Shown: positions 10,657 through 20,177 of the stretch, in pieces
Layout of the letters: the number at the start of each line of letters is the position of its first letter
Position numbering within the stretch: position 1 is the stretch's first letter
Assembly (NCBI GenBank): GCA_963798005.1
Contig: CAWCRZ010000020.1
Span: forward strand, 22,176-86,175
Direction of reading: 5' to 3'
Length of the DNA: 64,000 nucleotides
From: an uncultured Acidobacteriaceae bacterium
GTDB taxonomy: Bacteria > Acidobacteriota > Terriglobia > Terriglobales > Acidobacteriaceae
Made by a program: the position numbers and the translations under genes
The notes under the pieces: generated by a model
What the model was told of the DNA's origin: nothing
The model's input: the letters and a program-made list of their open reading frames with translations, nothing else
Database searches by the model: none

Positions 10657-11409
10657 GTGAGCGCGCGACGAGCGGCGCAGAGTGTCGTCATCCTTGTTCT
10701 GTGCACTGCTATATCGCTGCTCTCGGCCTGTGGCGGGCACAAGACGGCACGCAGCCATCCTCCGCCGCCCCCGCCGACCATCGCTCCAGCCGAGCCTGCG
10801 CCGAGCAGCACGGCGGAAGGGAAGCCAGCCGCTCCTCCTCCCAGCGGAAAGCCAGCGGCCAAGCCCATCTATGTGGAGACCGGCTTGGCGAGCTGGTATG
10901 GGCCTCCGTACCATAACCACCGCGGCTCGAATGGCGAGATCTACGACCAGAATGCGTTGACCGCCGCACACCGTACGCTGCCCATGAACTCAGTGGTGCG
11001 CGTGACCAACCTTCAGACGAAGCAATCGGTGGTGGTGCGCATTACCGATCGGGGGCCGTTTATCGAAGACCGCATCGTGGACCTGTCACTAGCTGCGGCG
11101 AAGGCCGTGGATGTGTGGCGTCCGGGCACCGCTGAAGTAAAGCTTGAAGTATTGTCGGCGCCCGCGCCCATTGCCGAGGGCGGCCGCTGGTGCGTGCAGA
11201 TCGGCGCTTTCCAGAGCGAGCACGAAGCCCGCAAGCTGAAAGAGAAGCTGCAAAACCGCTACGAAGGCGCGAACGTCGTTCAGTTCACCGGGCCGACCGG
11301 GGAGTGGGTGCGGCTGCGTCCCCAAAATGATGACAAGCGCCAGGCCGAAGAGGTCGCTAGCAAGACCCACGTGAAAGAGGGCGGCGTGTTTCTGGTGAGG
11401 CTGGATTGA
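10657..11409 (+). CDS. rlpA: septal ring lytic transglycosylase RlpA-family lipoprotein with C-terminal SPOR domain
   Basis: Lipobox LLSAC; DPBB domain GLASWYGPPYHNHRGSNGEIYDQNALTAAHRTLPMNSVVRVTNL..VVVRITDRGPF; SPOR-like WCVQIGAFQSEHEARKLKEKL. Confidence 0.85.
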   Translation: MSARRAAQSVVILVLCTAISLLSACGGHKTARSHPPPPPPTIAPAEPAPSSTAEGKPAAPPPSGKPAAKPIYVETGLASWYGPPYHNHRGSNGEIYDQNALTAAHRTLPMNSVVRVTNLQTKQSVVVRITDRGPFIEDRIVDLSLAAAKAVDVWRPGTAEVKLEVLSAPAPIAEGGRWCVQIGAFQSEHEARKLKEKLQNRYEGANVVQFTGPTGEWVRLRPQNDDKRQAEEVASKTHVKEGGVFLVRLD

Positions 11410-11584
11410 AGGGCAAGGTCCAAGGAGCGCGTATTGGGGAAAAAGCGTGCCGTCCCTGAAGGGACTGGTTCGATTTTTCACCTCACCCAGCACTCAACAA
11501 TCAGCCAGTCGAGAGAGTATGATTCTCGATTCTGCGTGCGAGTTCGATTCTCTCGACGCAGTGTTTTTATCCGGACGAAAACTT

Positions 11585-14500
11585 ATGACATGCTCTGATC
11601 GCTGGTGCGCACGCGCCACCTGCCTGCTGACCTTGTGTTTTGCAACCATCATCAGCCCGGCACTACCGCAAAGCGGTCCCGCCACGAACCAGCGTTCGGC
11701 CGAAGCTCGTCCTTCCTCCACGGGAAAGCGCGCGAGCAGCAAGCCCGAGGCGCAGAAGAGCGCCGGCGAGGCGGCGACAGAGTTCTTGGCCAGCGAAGCT
11801 GGTCCGCAGAAGGCCGATGACGAGGGCCGCACTCGCCTGCCCATGGAAGTGCGCAAGAGCGTCAGCTTCCGCGAGATCGGGCCGGCGATTTCCGGTGGAC
11901 GCGTTCCAGCGGTCGCTGGGGTTGCCGACAATTCCGATATCTACTACGTAGGCGCGGCAGACGGCGGCGTGTTTCGCACCAGCGATGGCGGCATCACCTG
12001 GAAGGCGCTGTTCCAGCATGAGAGCGTCATGTCCATGGGCGCGCTGGCGGTCGATCCGCAGAACGACAATATCGTATGGGCGGGAACGGGCGAGGCCAAC
12101 ATTCGCAACACGGTTTCGCCCGGCAACGGCATTTACAAGTCAACCGATGGCGGCGGGCACTGGAAGCGCATGGGGCTGGAGGGTACCTTCCAGATCTCGC
12201 GCGTGGTGGTTGACCCGCACAACTCCGGCACCGTGATAGTCGCCGCCATGGGCAGTCCGTGGGCGGACAGTGCTGAGCGCGGCGTGTATCGCACCACCGA
12301 CGGTGGCGCCACCTGGCAGAAGGTGCTGTACATCGGGCCGAGCGTAGGCATTGCCGATCTGGCGATGGATCCGCAGAACCCGCAGGTGCTCTATGCCGCA
12401 GCCTATCAATTCCGTCGCACGCCGTGGAGCTATTCCGGCGGCGGGCCCGAGGACGCGATCTACAAATCCTTCGACCAGGGACAGACATGGAAGCGGCTGA
12501 GCGGTCACGGGCTTCCGGAGAAGCCAGTAGCGCGCATCGGCCTCGCTATCGCGGCCAGTTCGCCGAATACGGTTTATGCCGTGATGGGTTCCACCGAGGG
12601 CGTGCTGTGGCGCTCGGACGATGCCGGCGATCATTGGAGCCTGGTCAGCAAGGATGAAGAGGTTGACGCCAGGCCGTTTTACTTTTCGCGCATCGAGGTC
12701 GATCCGCGGAATCCCGAGCACATCTTCGCACTGTCCAACAACCTGATGGAGTCGAAGGACGGCGGACATACTTTCTCGACGATTGCGCGGCAAATACACG
12801 GCGATCATCACACCATGTGGATCGACCCCAGCGGCAGCGGGCGAATTATCGAAGGCAATGACGGCGGGATAGTGATCTCGCGGGATAACGGCGAGCATTG
12901 GGATTTCATTCACAATATCGCAATCGCGCAGTTCTACCACGTCAGCGCCGATGAAGAGCGGCCGTATATGGTGTGCGGCGGCTTGCAGGACAACAGTGCC
13001 TGGTGCGGCCCCGGCCGCAGCAAAGATCCGTCTGGGATTTTGGATCGCCACTGGTTCGATTTGAACGGCGGCGATGGTATCTACGCGATTCCCGCGGCTG
13101 ACAATCCCAACCTCATTTACAACAGCACGGAGAACGGCGTGTTCATGGTGTTCGATCGCGCCGCCGAGCAGGTGCACGACGTCGAACCGTACCCGCGCGA
13201 CTTCAGCGGTGGAGGGGTTGCCGATTCGCCGTATCGCTTTCACTGGAACGCGGGCTTTGCCATCTCGCCTGCCAATCCCATGGTGTTGTACGCGGGCGGC
13301 AACGTGCTGTTCAAGAGCGAGGACCGCGGCCGCACCTGGAAGGCTATCAGCCCTGACCTGACGTTGAATGACAAGAGCAAGCAGCAGTCGTCGGGCGGAC
13401 CGGTGGTGAAGGACAATTCGGGCGCGGAGGCTTTCGACGCGATCATCCGGATTACGCCTTCGACCAAAGATCCGAATGTGATCTGGATCGGCACCGACGA
13501 TGGGCTGGTGCAACTCACTCGCGATGGCGGCGTAAGCTGGACCAACGTCACGGCGCACATTCCCGATCTTCCGCCGTGGGGACGCGTCGAGTCCATCGAC
13601 CTTGCGGCCGACAATCCGGGAGACGTGGTCATCACTGTAGACCGCCACTTCAACGGCGACTTTAAGCCGTACGTCTTTCGCACGAGCGATTACGGGGCGA
13701 CCTGGCAATCCATCGCCGGCGACTTGCCGCAGATGTACGCGCACGTGGCGCACCGCGACCGGCGCAATCCGCACATGTATTACGCCGGCCTGGAGAACGG
13801 ACTCTACGTCACCTGGAACGATGGCGCAACCTGGTATCTGTTCGGGCTGGGACTGCCGAACGTTTCGGTTTATGACCTTACGGAGCAGGAGCGGGACAAC
13901 GATCTGATCGTGGGTACCCACGGCCGCGCCATGTGGATACTGGACGATCTGACCCCGTTGCAGCAATTCACGCCGGAGATTGGACAGGCGGCGTTGCACT
14001 TGTTTCAGCCTCCGTCCGCACTGCGTTTCTGGCCGTGGTCGCAGGTGGAAGGACTGGGCGATGGCGCATTCTATGGCAGGAACCCAGCGTACGGGGAGCA
14101 GTTGAGTTACTTCCTCGCCAAGGAAGTGAAAGGGCCCGGGCAGTTGGTGATCACGGACTCGCATGGTCACGTGGTGCGCACGTTGAAAGGAACCCACGCG
14201 CTAGAGGACGGCGAGAAACCTCCCGCGGATGAAGATGTCCCTCCTCCGGCAATGCCGGTACCGTCGTCGGTGCAAAGGATGGAACAGAAGGCGGTTCATC
14301 CGGCGGAGCCGGCAATTTCGTCACAGAATCAGCAGCAACTGGCTCCCACGACAGGATGGGAGACAGAAACAGAACTTGGAAGGCCGAAGAATTTCCCCTG
14401 GATTCCGACTAAGCCTGGATTGCAGCGGGTGTACTGGGACCTGCGCGCGGATGGCCCGGTGCGCTGGGACAGCGCGAAAGACTTCAATAAGGGGCCGAAA

Positions 14501-15082
14501 GCGGGTGCTCTGGTGCCCCCGGGCGAGTACACGGCGAGCATGACGATTGGCGGGCAGACGGTATCGCAGAAATTCCAGGTCATTAACGACCCGCACTCTC
14601 ATGCCGATCAGGCGGGCATGGAGGGGCGCTATCAGATGAGCCAGGCTGTGCTGCATATGCTGTCGCAGCTTGACGTGGCGCTGAATCGCATGGACGCGAT
14701 CAGGGCGCAGGTCGAGGCGCTGCAACTCGCGGCCAAGAACACCCCGGATGAGCCAGCCGTGAAAACGGCCAGCGAAGCGATCGAGAAGCAGATGAAGTCA
14801 GTGCAGCAGCAAATCACCAGCAATGCTGGTGCGGCTGAGTCCAGTCTGCGTTGGGCGGGCAAGATTCGCGAGCATTTGTTCTCGCTCAACGGAGTGCTGG
14901 AAGGGTGCGACGATGCGCCCACCGAAGCGATGATTGCGGAAAAGCAACGGCTGGAGCCGGATTATCAGTCGGAGATCCAGAAGTTTAACCAGTTCTTGCA
15001 AAGCGATGTGGCCGCGTTCAATCGCGAGATGGCGCAGCGCAAGCTGACTGGCGTGGTGGAAGGAGAGGCCGTGCAGCCATAA
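11585..15082 (+). CDS. secreted BNR/Asp-box repeat protein (sortilin/VPS10-like glycosyl-hydrolase-like beta-propellers)
   Basis: More than 10 Asp-box motifs (SDGGITW, TDGGGHW, TDGGATW, FDQGQTW, SKDGGHTF, SRDNGEHW, SEDRGRTW, TRDGGVSW, SDYGATW). ATG at 11585 gives the signal-like MTCSDRWCARATCLLTLCFATIISPALPQ; the track start at 11447 is likely too far upstream. Confidence 0.8.
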   Translation: MTCSDRWCARATCLLTLCFATIISPALPQSGPATNQRSAEARPSSTGKRASSKPEAQKSAGEAATEFLASEAGPQKADDEGRTRLPMEVRKSVSFREIGPAISGGRVPAVAGVADNSDIYYVGAADGGVFRTSDGGITWKALFQHESVMSMGALAVDPQNDNIVWAGTGEANIRNTVSPGNGIYKSTDGGGHWKRMGLEGTFQISRVVVDPHNSGTVIVAAMGSPWADSAERGVYRTTDGGATWQKVLYIGPSVGIADLAMDPQNPQVLYAAAYQFRRTPWSYSGGGPEDAIYKSFDQGQTWKRLSGHGLPEKPVARIGLAIAASSPNTVYAVMGSTEGVLWRSDDAGDHWSLVSKDEEVDARPFYFSRIEVDPRNPEHIFALSNNLMESKDGGHTFSTIARQIHGDHHTMWIDPSGSGRIIEGNDGGIVISRDNGEHWDFIHNIAIAQFYHVSADEERPYMVCGGLQDNSAWCGPGRSKDPSGILDRHWFDLNGGDGIYAIPAADNPNLIYNSTENGVFMVFDRAAEQVHDVEPYPRDFSGGGVADSPYRFHWNAGFAISPANPMVLYAGGNVLFKSEDRGRTWKAISPDLTLNDKSKQQSSGGPVVKDNSGAEAFDAIIRITPSTKDPNVIWIGTDDGLVQLTRDGGVSWTNVTAHIPDLPPWGRVESIDLAADNPGDVVITVDRHFNGDFKPYVFRTSDYGATWQSIAGDLPQMYAHVAHRDRRNPHMYYAGLENGLYVTWNDGATWYLFGLGLPNVSVYDLTEQERDNDLIVGTHGRAMWILDDLTPLQQFTPEIGQAALHLFQPPSALRFWPWSQVEGLGDGAFYGRNPAYGEQLSYFLAKEVKGPGQLVITDSHGHVVRTLKGTHALEDGEKPPADEDVPPPAMPVPSSVQRMEQKAVHPAEPAISSQNQQQLAPTTGWETETELGRPKNFPWIPTKPGLQRVYWDLRADGPVRWDSAKDFNKGPKAGALVPPGEYTASMTIGGQTVSQKFQVINDPHSHADQAGMEGRYQMSQAVLHMLSQLDVALNRMDAIRAQVEALQLAAKNTPDEPAVKTASEAIEKQMKSVQQQITSNAGAAESSLRWAGKIREHLFSLNGVLEGCDDAPTEAMIAEKQRLEPDYQSEIQKFNQFLQSDVAAFNREMAQRKLTGVVEGEAVQP

Positions 15083-15090
15083 AGTAGCAG

Positions 15091-15268
15091 ATCACCACCG
15101 CAAGACTAACTCCTAAGTTGTTGGTGTGCCACCAAAGAATTCATCTAAACCGCGGAGTTTCACCGATAAACACGGATTTCTTAAACAGAATTCGTTTTGA
15201 ATCCGTGTTCATCCGCGTATATCCGTGGTTGATTTTTCTTTTTTCTGTGCCTCCGTGTCTCCGTGGTG
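15091..15268. repeat. composite intergenic repeat: degenerate left arm, internal hairpins, CACAGAG-type right arm
   Basis: TCACCACCGCAAGAC lies 8 nt after the BNR stop. Hairpins: TTGGTG-TGC-CACCAA (15121-15135) and AACACGGATT/AATCCGTGTT (15169-15209). The right arm TTTCTGTGCCTCCGTGTCTCCGTGGTG (15242-15268) lies 15 nt from the rhomboid stop. Confidence 0.65.
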
Positions 15269-15283
15269 AAAAAATTCCGTTAG

Positions 15284-16033
15284 CTACCAGCCGTAGTGGT
15301 AGCGCCGGGCGCGGGCAGGGAAGAGTTTGATAAACAGCATACCGGCGAGAAAGCCTCCCACGTGGGCCCAGAAGGCGATTCCTCCCGAATTGGTGCTACG
15401 CGAAGTGATAGAGGTGGCAGCCCCGCTCAGAAATTGCCAAACGAACCAGTATCCCAGCACCACCCAGGCTGGCAGCCACACAAAGAAAGCAAAGAACAGC
15501 GGTACCAAAGTAAGCACGCGGGCGCGCGGATACAGCAGGAAGTACCCTCCCATGACGCCCGCAATCGCGCCACTGGCGCCGACCGTCGGAATGACCGAGT
15601 CGGCATTCAGCAAGATGTGGAACAGTGCGGCAGCGATGCCGCAGACCAGGTAAAACACCAGATACCAAGCATGCCCCAGGCGGTCTTCGACGTTGTCGCC
15701 GAAGATCCATAACGCCCACATGTTGCCTATGACGTGGAACCAGGAGGCGTGCAAGAACATGGAGGTGAAGATTGGTAGGACAGCCGCCATAGTGGGCACA
15801 AACCGTGTGCCGAGTTGGGAGACCAGGTCCGCAGGCACGTAACCACTATTGAACAGCACAGCCGTTAGCCGGGCAGGAACGACGCCAAGCTGAAAAACGA
15901 GGGAGTTGGCGGCGAGCGGGCTTTTACGGTTCAGCCAATACTGAAACATGAATATCAGCGTGTTCAGCGCGATTAACGCATAGTTCACGTAGGGAGTGCT
16001 TACCCGAGGAGCGTCGTCTTTGAGCGGGATCAT
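15284..16033 (-). CDS. rhomboid family intramembrane serine protease
   Basis: FLHASWFHVIGNMWALWIFG (HxxxN) and the GASGAIAGVMGGY catalytic GxSG motif, with six or more transmembrane segments. Confidence 0.85.
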   Translation of the reverse strand: MIPLKDDAPRVSTPYVNYALIALNTLIFMFQYWLNRKSPLAANSLVFQLGVVPARLTAVLFNSGYVPADLVSQLGTRFVPTMAAVLPIFTSMFLHASWFHVIGNMWALWIFGDNVEDRLGHAWYLVFYLVCGIAAALFHILLNADSVIPTVGASGAIAGVMGGYFLLYPRARVLTLVPLFFAFFVWLPAWVVLGYWFVWQFLSGAATSITSRSTNSGGIAFWAHVGGFLAGMLFIKLFPARARRYHYGW

Positions 16034-16145
16034 GGGTGCGCTTTACGTCTGCGGTGCGGCAGGGAAGAGTTCCCTCTCGTTTTTCACCGCGTGCTTGCCC
16101 GGCGATTTGACCGAACCACCTTCAACCCTCCACGATAGCAGAAGG

Positions 16146-17030
16146 ATGCCAGTCAACGGCGTGATGGTAGTGGATAAGCCCGCGGCATGGACCTCGCACG
16201 ATGTGGTCGCCAGGATGCGGCGTCTGGCGGGAGAGCGGTCTATCGGGCATTTGGGAACGCTCGATCCTATGGCCACCGGAGTGCTGCCGCTGGTGCTGGG
16301 GCGGATGACCCGGCTGTGCCAGTTCTACCTAGCTTCGGAGAAGGCCTATGAAGGAACGATCCGGCTGGGGCTGGCGACCGACACCTATGATTGCGACGGC
16401 GATCCCGTGGGCGAGCCGCAAACAGTTAATGTGACACTTGAAGAAATCAGGATAGGGGCATCTGGTTTTCGCGGCCTGATCAGCCAGACACCACCGCCGT
16501 TTTCAGCCAAGAAGATCAAGGGAGTTCCGGCCTACAAGCTCGCCCGTAAGAAGCTGGAGGTCGAGCTCCGGCCTGTGGATGTTGAAGTGAAGGAATTCGC
16601 CATAGTTGGCTTGGACGGCGATCTGGTCGAATTCCACAGCCGGGTATCGTCGGGAACCTATATTCGGGGCCTGGCTCATGAATTGGGACAGAAGTTGGGC
16701 ATTGGTGCCCACCTGGCAAGCCTGCGCCGGACGGCCGTGGCCGAATTTACCATGGAGCAGAGCCACACCCTGGAAGAGATCGCTGAGGCGATCAGTCAGG
16801 GCCGACTGGAAGACCTGCTGGTCCATCCACGGCGCTTGTTGCCGGAGATCCCGTCGGTCACAGCTGACGACGAGGCCGTTGGGAAAATCCGCCACGGCCG
16901 GAGCGTAAACCTGCCAGAGATGTCGCGCTCGCGGTTGGTAAAAGTATTCGCCGGGCAGGCGGATCTGATCTGCATTGCCAGCCGGGTCGCAGGGACGCTG
17001 TTCCATCCTAGGGTGGTGCTGCTGGGGTAG
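16146..17030 (+). CDS. truB: tRNA pseudouridine(55) synthase
   Basis: VVDKPAAWTSHDVV...GHLGTLDPMATGVLPLVLG catalytic Asp motif. ATG at 16146 avoids the overlap with the rhomboid gene implied by the track start at 15996. Confidence 0.9.
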   Translation: MPVNGVMVVDKPAAWTSHDVVARMRRLAGERSIGHLGTLDPMATGVLPLVLGRMTRLCQFYLASEKAYEGTIRLGLATDTYDCDGDPVGEPQTVNVTLEEIRIGASGFRGLISQTPPPFSAKKIKGVPAYKLARKKLEVELRPVDVEVKEFAIVGLDGDLVEFHSRVSSGTYIRGLAHELGQKLGIGAHLASLRRTAVAEFTMEQSHTLEEIAEAISQGRLEDLLVHPRRLLPEIPSVTADDEAVGKIRHGRSVNLPEMSRSRLVKVFAGQADLICIASRVAGTLFHPRVVLLG

Positions 17031-17201
17031 GCCCGAGAGTTCGGTCGCGAAGAGGTTTCCTCGGGGAATGGTTGAAGTTGCGCCAAGCCAAGCTTTACGA
17101 GGGCGTGAGGCAGACTGCCCGTTCGCGGCAGTAGCAATGTCCGATAACAGATATTATGTTAAATATAGCAAGAAGCAGTAAAGTCGCGTGCCAAGCCTCC
17201 C

Positions 17202-17516
17202 TTACGCCGTCGCCGCTAGCAACTGCTCCAGGTCTTCCCCGAAACGCTTTAGCGCTTCCAGACGCTCGGGAGTGGCCTCAACGATCTCGGACTTTGCCTG
17301 GAAGACCTGGCGACCGCCCTTCTCAACAAGCACTCCGAACACTTCACCCATACGCCAGCCGGGCGAGCCGATCATCACCAGTCCACCTGGAGTAGGGCGG
17401 AACAAGGCGATGCAGCCGGCGCGCATGACGCCCACAGAGTTAGCATAACGCTCGAAGGTTTGCAGTTCGAAGCCTGCGACGTAGAGGCGTTGCAGTTGTT
17501 CGGCGGGATCAGGCAT
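17202..17516 (-). CDS. hypothetical protein (104 aa)
   Basis: ORF downstream of the bifunctional-nuclease gene on the same strand. ATG at 17516 (MPDPAEQLQRLYVAGFEL...) avoids overlap. No family recognised. Confidence 0.5.
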   Translation of the reverse strand: MPDPAEQLQRLYVAGFELQTFERYANSVGVMRAGCIALFRPTPGGLVMIGSPGWRMGEVFGVLVEKGGRQVFQAKSEIVEATPERLEALKRFGEDLEQLLAATA

Positions 17517-17614
17517 GGGGTGCGGAGTTTTCTCGAATCGGGACCACCGATCCTTCGACTCGGAGTAAAGTCCTCGCTCCGGATGACAGCCAGGAAGGCG
17601 GAACGTGTAACTGC

Positions 17615-18103
17615 CTACATCTTGTAATGGCCGAGGTCGTCTTCCCCGAGGTTTTCCAGCCACTTGCGCAGCTCGTCGCTGGAGACGCGGTCATTGACTG
17701 CGCTGGTTGCCTGCTTGCTGTTCTTGAGCACATCGTCTTCGACGAAAATCGGGCAATCCATGCGCAGCGCCAGTGCCAGAGCGTCGGACGGCCGGGAGTC
17801 CACGCTGATTGCCTGTCCTTCACGTTCCAGCCAGATCACCGCAAAGAATGTATCGTCGCGCAATTCGGTCACGACCACCTTGCGTACCGTAGTTTCCAGG
17901 CCGATCAGCAGGTTCTTCAGCAGGTCGTGGGTCATGGGACGCGGCGTGGTGACCTTTTCGATCTCCAGAGCGATGGCGTTGGCCTCATAGACGCCCACCC
18001 AGATGGGCAGCACGGTGTCGCTGCCGTGGTCCTTCAGAATCACGATGGGCATGTTGGTCACCGGATCCATCATCAGCCCGCGAATTTTCATCTCGACTTC
18101 CAT
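17615..18103 (-). CDS. bifunctional nuclease (BFN/DUF151) family protein
   Basis: MEVEMKIRGLMMDPVTNMPIVILKD...LPIWVGVYEANAIALEIE...TPRPMTHDLL...ISVDSRPSDALALALR matches the BFN domain. A GGAGG RBS lies 6 nt upstream of the ATG at 18103. Confidence 0.8.
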   Translation of the reverse strand: MEVEMKIRGLMMDPVTNMPIVILKDHGSDTVLPIWVGVYEANAIALEIEKVTTPRPMTHDLLKNLLIGLETTVRKVVVTELRDDTFFAVIWLEREGQAISVDSRPSDALALALRMDCPIFVEDDVLKNSKQATSAVNDRVSSDELRKWLENLGEDDLGHYKM

Positions 18104-18217
18104 CGTGTTCCTCCATGTCCCTGCCCTTTTGATACTCCCTAAATACGACGTACGCAACTCGTTTTTCGAAGTCCCACCCAAGCAAGGGAAGCTTGGGTGG
18201 GGCACCCGCACTGGATG

Positions 18218-19552
18218 TTAGAGAGCCATCTCACCCAACAGGCTGTTGGGAAATGTTTGCGTGACCCGCACCGGCACATAGTTCCCGATGTTGGGCTCGG
18301 GTTGATGGTTGACGATGAAGTTAAGGGTCTTGTTCTGTGAGGTGCGGCCGATGAACTGTCCGCGCGCTGGGTTCTTGCCTTCCACCATGACCTCGATCGT
18401 CTCGCCCAAGTGCCGACGATAGCTCAGTCGCTGCAATTCGCGCTGGTGCGCCTGGAGGACTTGCAAACGCCGCGACTTCTCCGCGTCAGGAATGGAATCG
18501 GCATACTGCAACGCTGGCGTGTTGGGCCGAGGCGAGTATTTGAACGAGAAGACGCCATCGTAGCCCACTTCGTCGAGAAGGCTAAGCGTCTCCCCGAACT
18601 CCGCTTCAGTTTCGCCCGGAAAGCCGACGATGGTGTCGGTGGTGATGCTCAACTCACGGTTGCGAGTGGACTTCATCCACGAGATGCGTTCCAGATACTC
18701 CTCGCGGCTGTACTCGCGGAACATGGACTCCAGCACTCGCGACGAGCCGCTCTGCACGGGCAGATGCACATGGTCGCAGAGGGTGAGAACTGCGTCGATC
18801 GCATCAACGATGTCTTTTGTGAAATCTCGGGGATGCGAAGTCGTAAAGCGAACGCGGCGCATGCCGGAAATCTCACCGACCGCTGCCAGTAATTCCGCGA
18901 ATGTCTTCTGGCCGGCAGGATCACGGTAGGAGCTAACGTTTTGCCCAAGGAGTTGGATCTCCGTGTAACCGGCATCGGCCATTCGTTTGGCTTCAGCCAG
19001 CACAGAATGCGACGTCCGGCTCCGCTCTTTGCCGCGGGTATACGGCACCACGCAGTAGGCGCAGAACTTGTCGCAGCCCTCGATGATGGTGATATATCCC
19101 CGGTGCGGGTTGGTGCGGGCTGTGAACTCGGTCTCAAAGGTCTGATCGGTCTGCCGGTCGTCGAGCCCAGTTACGCGGTCTGCGCCTGCGCCAATCTGCA
19201 CCAGCATCTCGGGCAAATTGCGGTACGAGGCCGAACCAGCCACCAGCGAGACGTAAGGCGCGCGCTCGAAAATCTTCTCGCCCTCCTGCTGGGCGACGCA
19301 GCCCAGCACGGCGAAGCGCTTCCCTTCCTTGTGCAGCTTCTTGAAGTCGTTCAGGCGATGAAAGACCTTCTGCTCAGCCTTGTCGCGGATCGAGCAGGTG
19401 TTGTACAGGATGAGGTCGGCTTCCTCCTCGCGCTGCACCTGGGCGTAGCCCTCCGAGATAAGCGTGCCCACGACCTTTTCGGAGTCGTGGAAGTTCATCT
19501 GGCAGCCGAAAGTCTCAATGTAGAACGTCTTTTGCGCGGAGCCCACAGCCAT
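18218..19552 (-). CDS. miaB: tRNA-2-methylthio-N6-dimethylallyladenosine synthase
   Basis: UPF0004 N-domain FYIETFGCQMNFHDSEKVVG, radical-SAM GCDKFCAYCVVPYTRG, and a TRAM C-terminus. Confidence 0.9.
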   Translation of the reverse strand: MAVGSAQKTFYIETFGCQMNFHDSEKVVGTLISEGYAQVQREEEADLILYNTCSIRDKAEQKVFHRLNDFKKLHKEGKRFAVLGCVAQQEGEKIFERAPYVSLVAGSASYRNLPEMLVQIGAGADRVTGLDDRQTDQTFETEFTARTNPHRGYITIIEGCDKFCAYCVVPYTRGKERSRTSHSVLAEAKRMADAGYTEIQLLGQNVSSYRDPAGQKTFAELLAAVGEISGMRRVRFTTSHPRDFTKDIVDAIDAVLTLCDHVHLPVQSGSSRVLESMFREYSREEYLERISWMKSTRNRELSITTDTIVGFPGETEAEFGETLSLLDEVGYDGVFSFKYSPRPNTPALQYADSIPDAEKSRRLQVLQAHQRELQRLSYRRHLGETIEVMVEGKNPARGQFIGRTSQNKTLNFIVNHQPEPNIGNYVPVRVTQTFPNSLLGEMAL

Positions 19553-19593
19553 CCTCGTTGAATAACAGTATATCGGGAAATGCGGGGAGTGTT

Positions 19594-19662
19594 CACAGCA
19601 GAGACATGGGAGACGCCGAGAAAACTTACTCCATTTCCTCCGTCTCTCTGTGCCTCTGCGGT
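19594..19662. repeat. degenerate CACAGAG-type inverted repeat with 9-nt spacer
   Basis: CACAGCAGAGACATGGGAGACGCCGAGAAAA (19594-19624) and TTTCCTCCGTCTCTCTGTGCCTCTGCGGT (19634-19662), between the miaB start and the gpx stop. Confidence 0.6.
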
Positions 19663-19681
19663 AAAAGATTTTGGGAATACC

Positions 19682-20161
19682 TTACTTTCCCAGCAGCTTC
19701 TCGATCTCCGGCTCGATAGCGCTTGGCGGAGTCGTGGGCGCGAAGCGCTCGATGACGTTTCCCTTCTTGTCCACCAGAAACTTGGTGAAGTTCCACTTGA
19801 TGCTGTCGCCCAGCAGTCCGCCCTTCTTGCTCTTCAGAAACTTGAAAACGGGGTGAGTGTTTGAGCCGTTGACCTCGATCTTGGAGAACAGCGGAAAGCT
19901 CACGCCGTAGTTGAGCTGGCAGAAGGACTTGATCTCGTCGTCTGAACCCGGCTCCTGATGGCCGAACTGGTCGCAAGGAAAGCCCAGCACCTCCAAGCCG
20001 CGGTCTTTGTACTTGGCGTAGAGAGACTGCAAGCCCTCGTATTGCGGCGTGAATCCGCATTTACTGGCGGTATTCACGATGAGCACCACTTTCCCCTTGT
20101 AGTTGGCGAGATTCTTGTTGCGTCCATTATTTAGTTTTGCGGAAAGATCGTACAGGCCCAT
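19682..20161 (-). CDS. glutathione peroxidase (Cys type)
   Basis: [22 protein letters not shown]...[14 protein letters not shown]...WNFTKFLVD are canonical GPx motifs. Confidence 0.9.
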   Translation of the reverse strand: MGLYDLSAKLNNGRNKNLANYKGKVVLIVNTASKCGFTPQYEGLQSLYAKYKDRGLEVLGFPCDQFGHQEPGSDDEIKSFCQLNYGVSFPLFSKIEVNGSNTHPVFKFLKSKKGGLLGDSIKWNFTKFLVDKKGNVIERFAPTTPPSAIEPEIEKLLGK

Positions 20162-20177
20162 GAAAACGTCCTCCAGC

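Noticed and set aside
12140-14197. 685-aa ORF on the minus strand
   Set aside because: It is entirely antisense to the well-supported BNR/Asp-box gene (11585..15082). It is Arg/Ala/Gly-rich with no family resemblance, a typical long shadow ORF of a GC-rich coding region.
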